Positions 59,109-59,794 of a stretch of DNA of 59,794 nt are shown here, one piece after another. The notes under the pieces were generated by a model. That model made no database searches. It saw nothing but the letters and a program-made list of their open reading frames with translations, and was not told where the DNA came from. Source of the stretch: a virus (taxonomy: Duplodnaviria > Caudoviricetes); the IMG/VR virus record IMGVR_UViG_3300013131_004046, positions 1 through 59,794 of that record; one strand, 5' to 3'. The number at the start of each line of letters is the position of its first letter. Within the stretch, counting starts at the first letter, position 1. A program made the translations under genes and the position numbers.

Positions 59109-59164
59109 AAAAAATTAACTTACTTAGTTGATAAGAGTAATTTTTACTCCTATATTTATTTACG

Positions 59165-59190
59165 AAGGTAAATGCCGACCTTATTCGGTA
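59165..59190 (+). promoter_or_regulatory. Possible structured 5' leader (hairpin/H-type pseudoknot) of the DNA polymerase gene
   Basis: AAGGT/ACCTT and TGCCG/CGGTA complementary pairs. Confidence 0.4.
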
Positions 59191-59215
59191 GCTAATACAC
59201 CAAAAGTAAATAACT

Positions 59216-59794
59216 ATGATATCACAAGAAGAAATCGAACAATTTCTTCAGGGAAATGATCCTGAAGAATTCATCGTAGCAGTAGAATACGATTACTTAA
59301 CAGATAAAATTTTCAAAATAAAAGAAGTTCCTAGTAAAGGAAAACAGATCCAACGAGATACTTTAATATCTTTTGCTTGGGTGGGAGATTTACGAAATCT
59401 CAACTTCTATTCAAAATCCAAAGAATTACAAAAAGAAGCCATGACCAAACATGGTATTATTATTGAAAAACTAAGAACTGATGGGAACAAGCGATTAGAG
59501 AATGGATTAACCTTTATAGTTAAATCCATGAAAGGATACAGAAATCTTATTCAGTTTTTTAGAGAAGGTGGAGTTGACCCTTGGGGTGAAAATGTAAGAG
59601 ATCTTATCATGGTTCTTCCACCAGTTGAGCAATACCTCATCTCAAAAGAAAAAAGATTATTCAAAGGGTTTGAAGAATACAATGACATTACAAGGATGGT
59701 ATTTGACCTTGAGACCACATCTTTAGAACCTAAAGATGGGAGGATCTTCATGATTGGAATTAAAACAAACAAAGGATTCAAAAAAGTTATTGAG
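59216..59794 (+). CDS. Family B DNA polymerase, 5' part (runs off the window end)
   Basis: Hand translation is open to the end: MISQEEIEQFLQG...PVEQYLI.....LFKG......RMVFDLETTSLEP..GRIFMIG (Exo I motif). Confidence 0.8.
   Translation, partial: MISQEEIEQFLQGNDPEEFIVAVEYDYLTDKIFKIKEVPSKGKQIQRDTLISFAWVGDLRNLNFYSKSKELQKEAMTKHGIIIEKLRTDGNKRLENGLTFIVKSMKGYRNLIQFFREGGVDPWGENVRDLIMVLPPVEQYLISKEKRLFKGFEEYNDITRMVFDLETTSLEPKDGRIFMIGIKTNKGFKKVIE

Noticed and set aside
59551-59781. 76-aa minus-strand ORF at the window end
   Set aside because: Antisense to the open + strand DNA polymerase frame, which the track missed because it has no stop within the window
1-59794. Stop-codon reassignment, as in some large phages
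   Set aside because: Conserved genes are full length in the standard code, and TAG and TGA both terminate genes at sensible positions

Overview
This AT-rich, densely coding window looks like part of a large (jumbo/huge) tailed phage genome with T4-like head genes. The host is most likely Bacteroidota: there is a TTTG-N19-TAnnTTTG promoter, start codons have A-rich leaders without Shine-Dalgarno sequences, and the phage encodes bS21. From left to right: (1) a proteostasis/translation-rescue cluster (tmRNA with an atypical tag, M20/M28 peptidase, N-domain-less ClpC, DnaK, KTSC, nucleotidyltransferase); (2) a head module (putative internal proteins, terminase, portal, bS21, prohead protease, scaffold, major capsid); (3) a long minus-strand block with baseplate/spike-like genes, a sigma-like factor, PhoH, dUTPase, an exonuclease, a WYL protein and many glycosyltransferases; (4) Ser/Thr-rich mucin-like and Gly-X-Y repeat proteins interleaved with protein-O-glycosyltransferase homologues (Aah/TibC heptosyltransferase fusion, Gnt1-type GlcNAc transferase, HtrL/YibB); (5) a decayed gene remnant and the 5' end of a family B DNA polymerase. 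The best candidates for something new are a phage-encoded virion O-glycosylation system with a recurrent (S/T)GxT motif, an orthogonal tmRNA-tag/ClpC pair, a TATTTAT late-promoter motif and an (I/L)xE head-processing signal. All family assignments come from motif recognition by eye; no database search was run.
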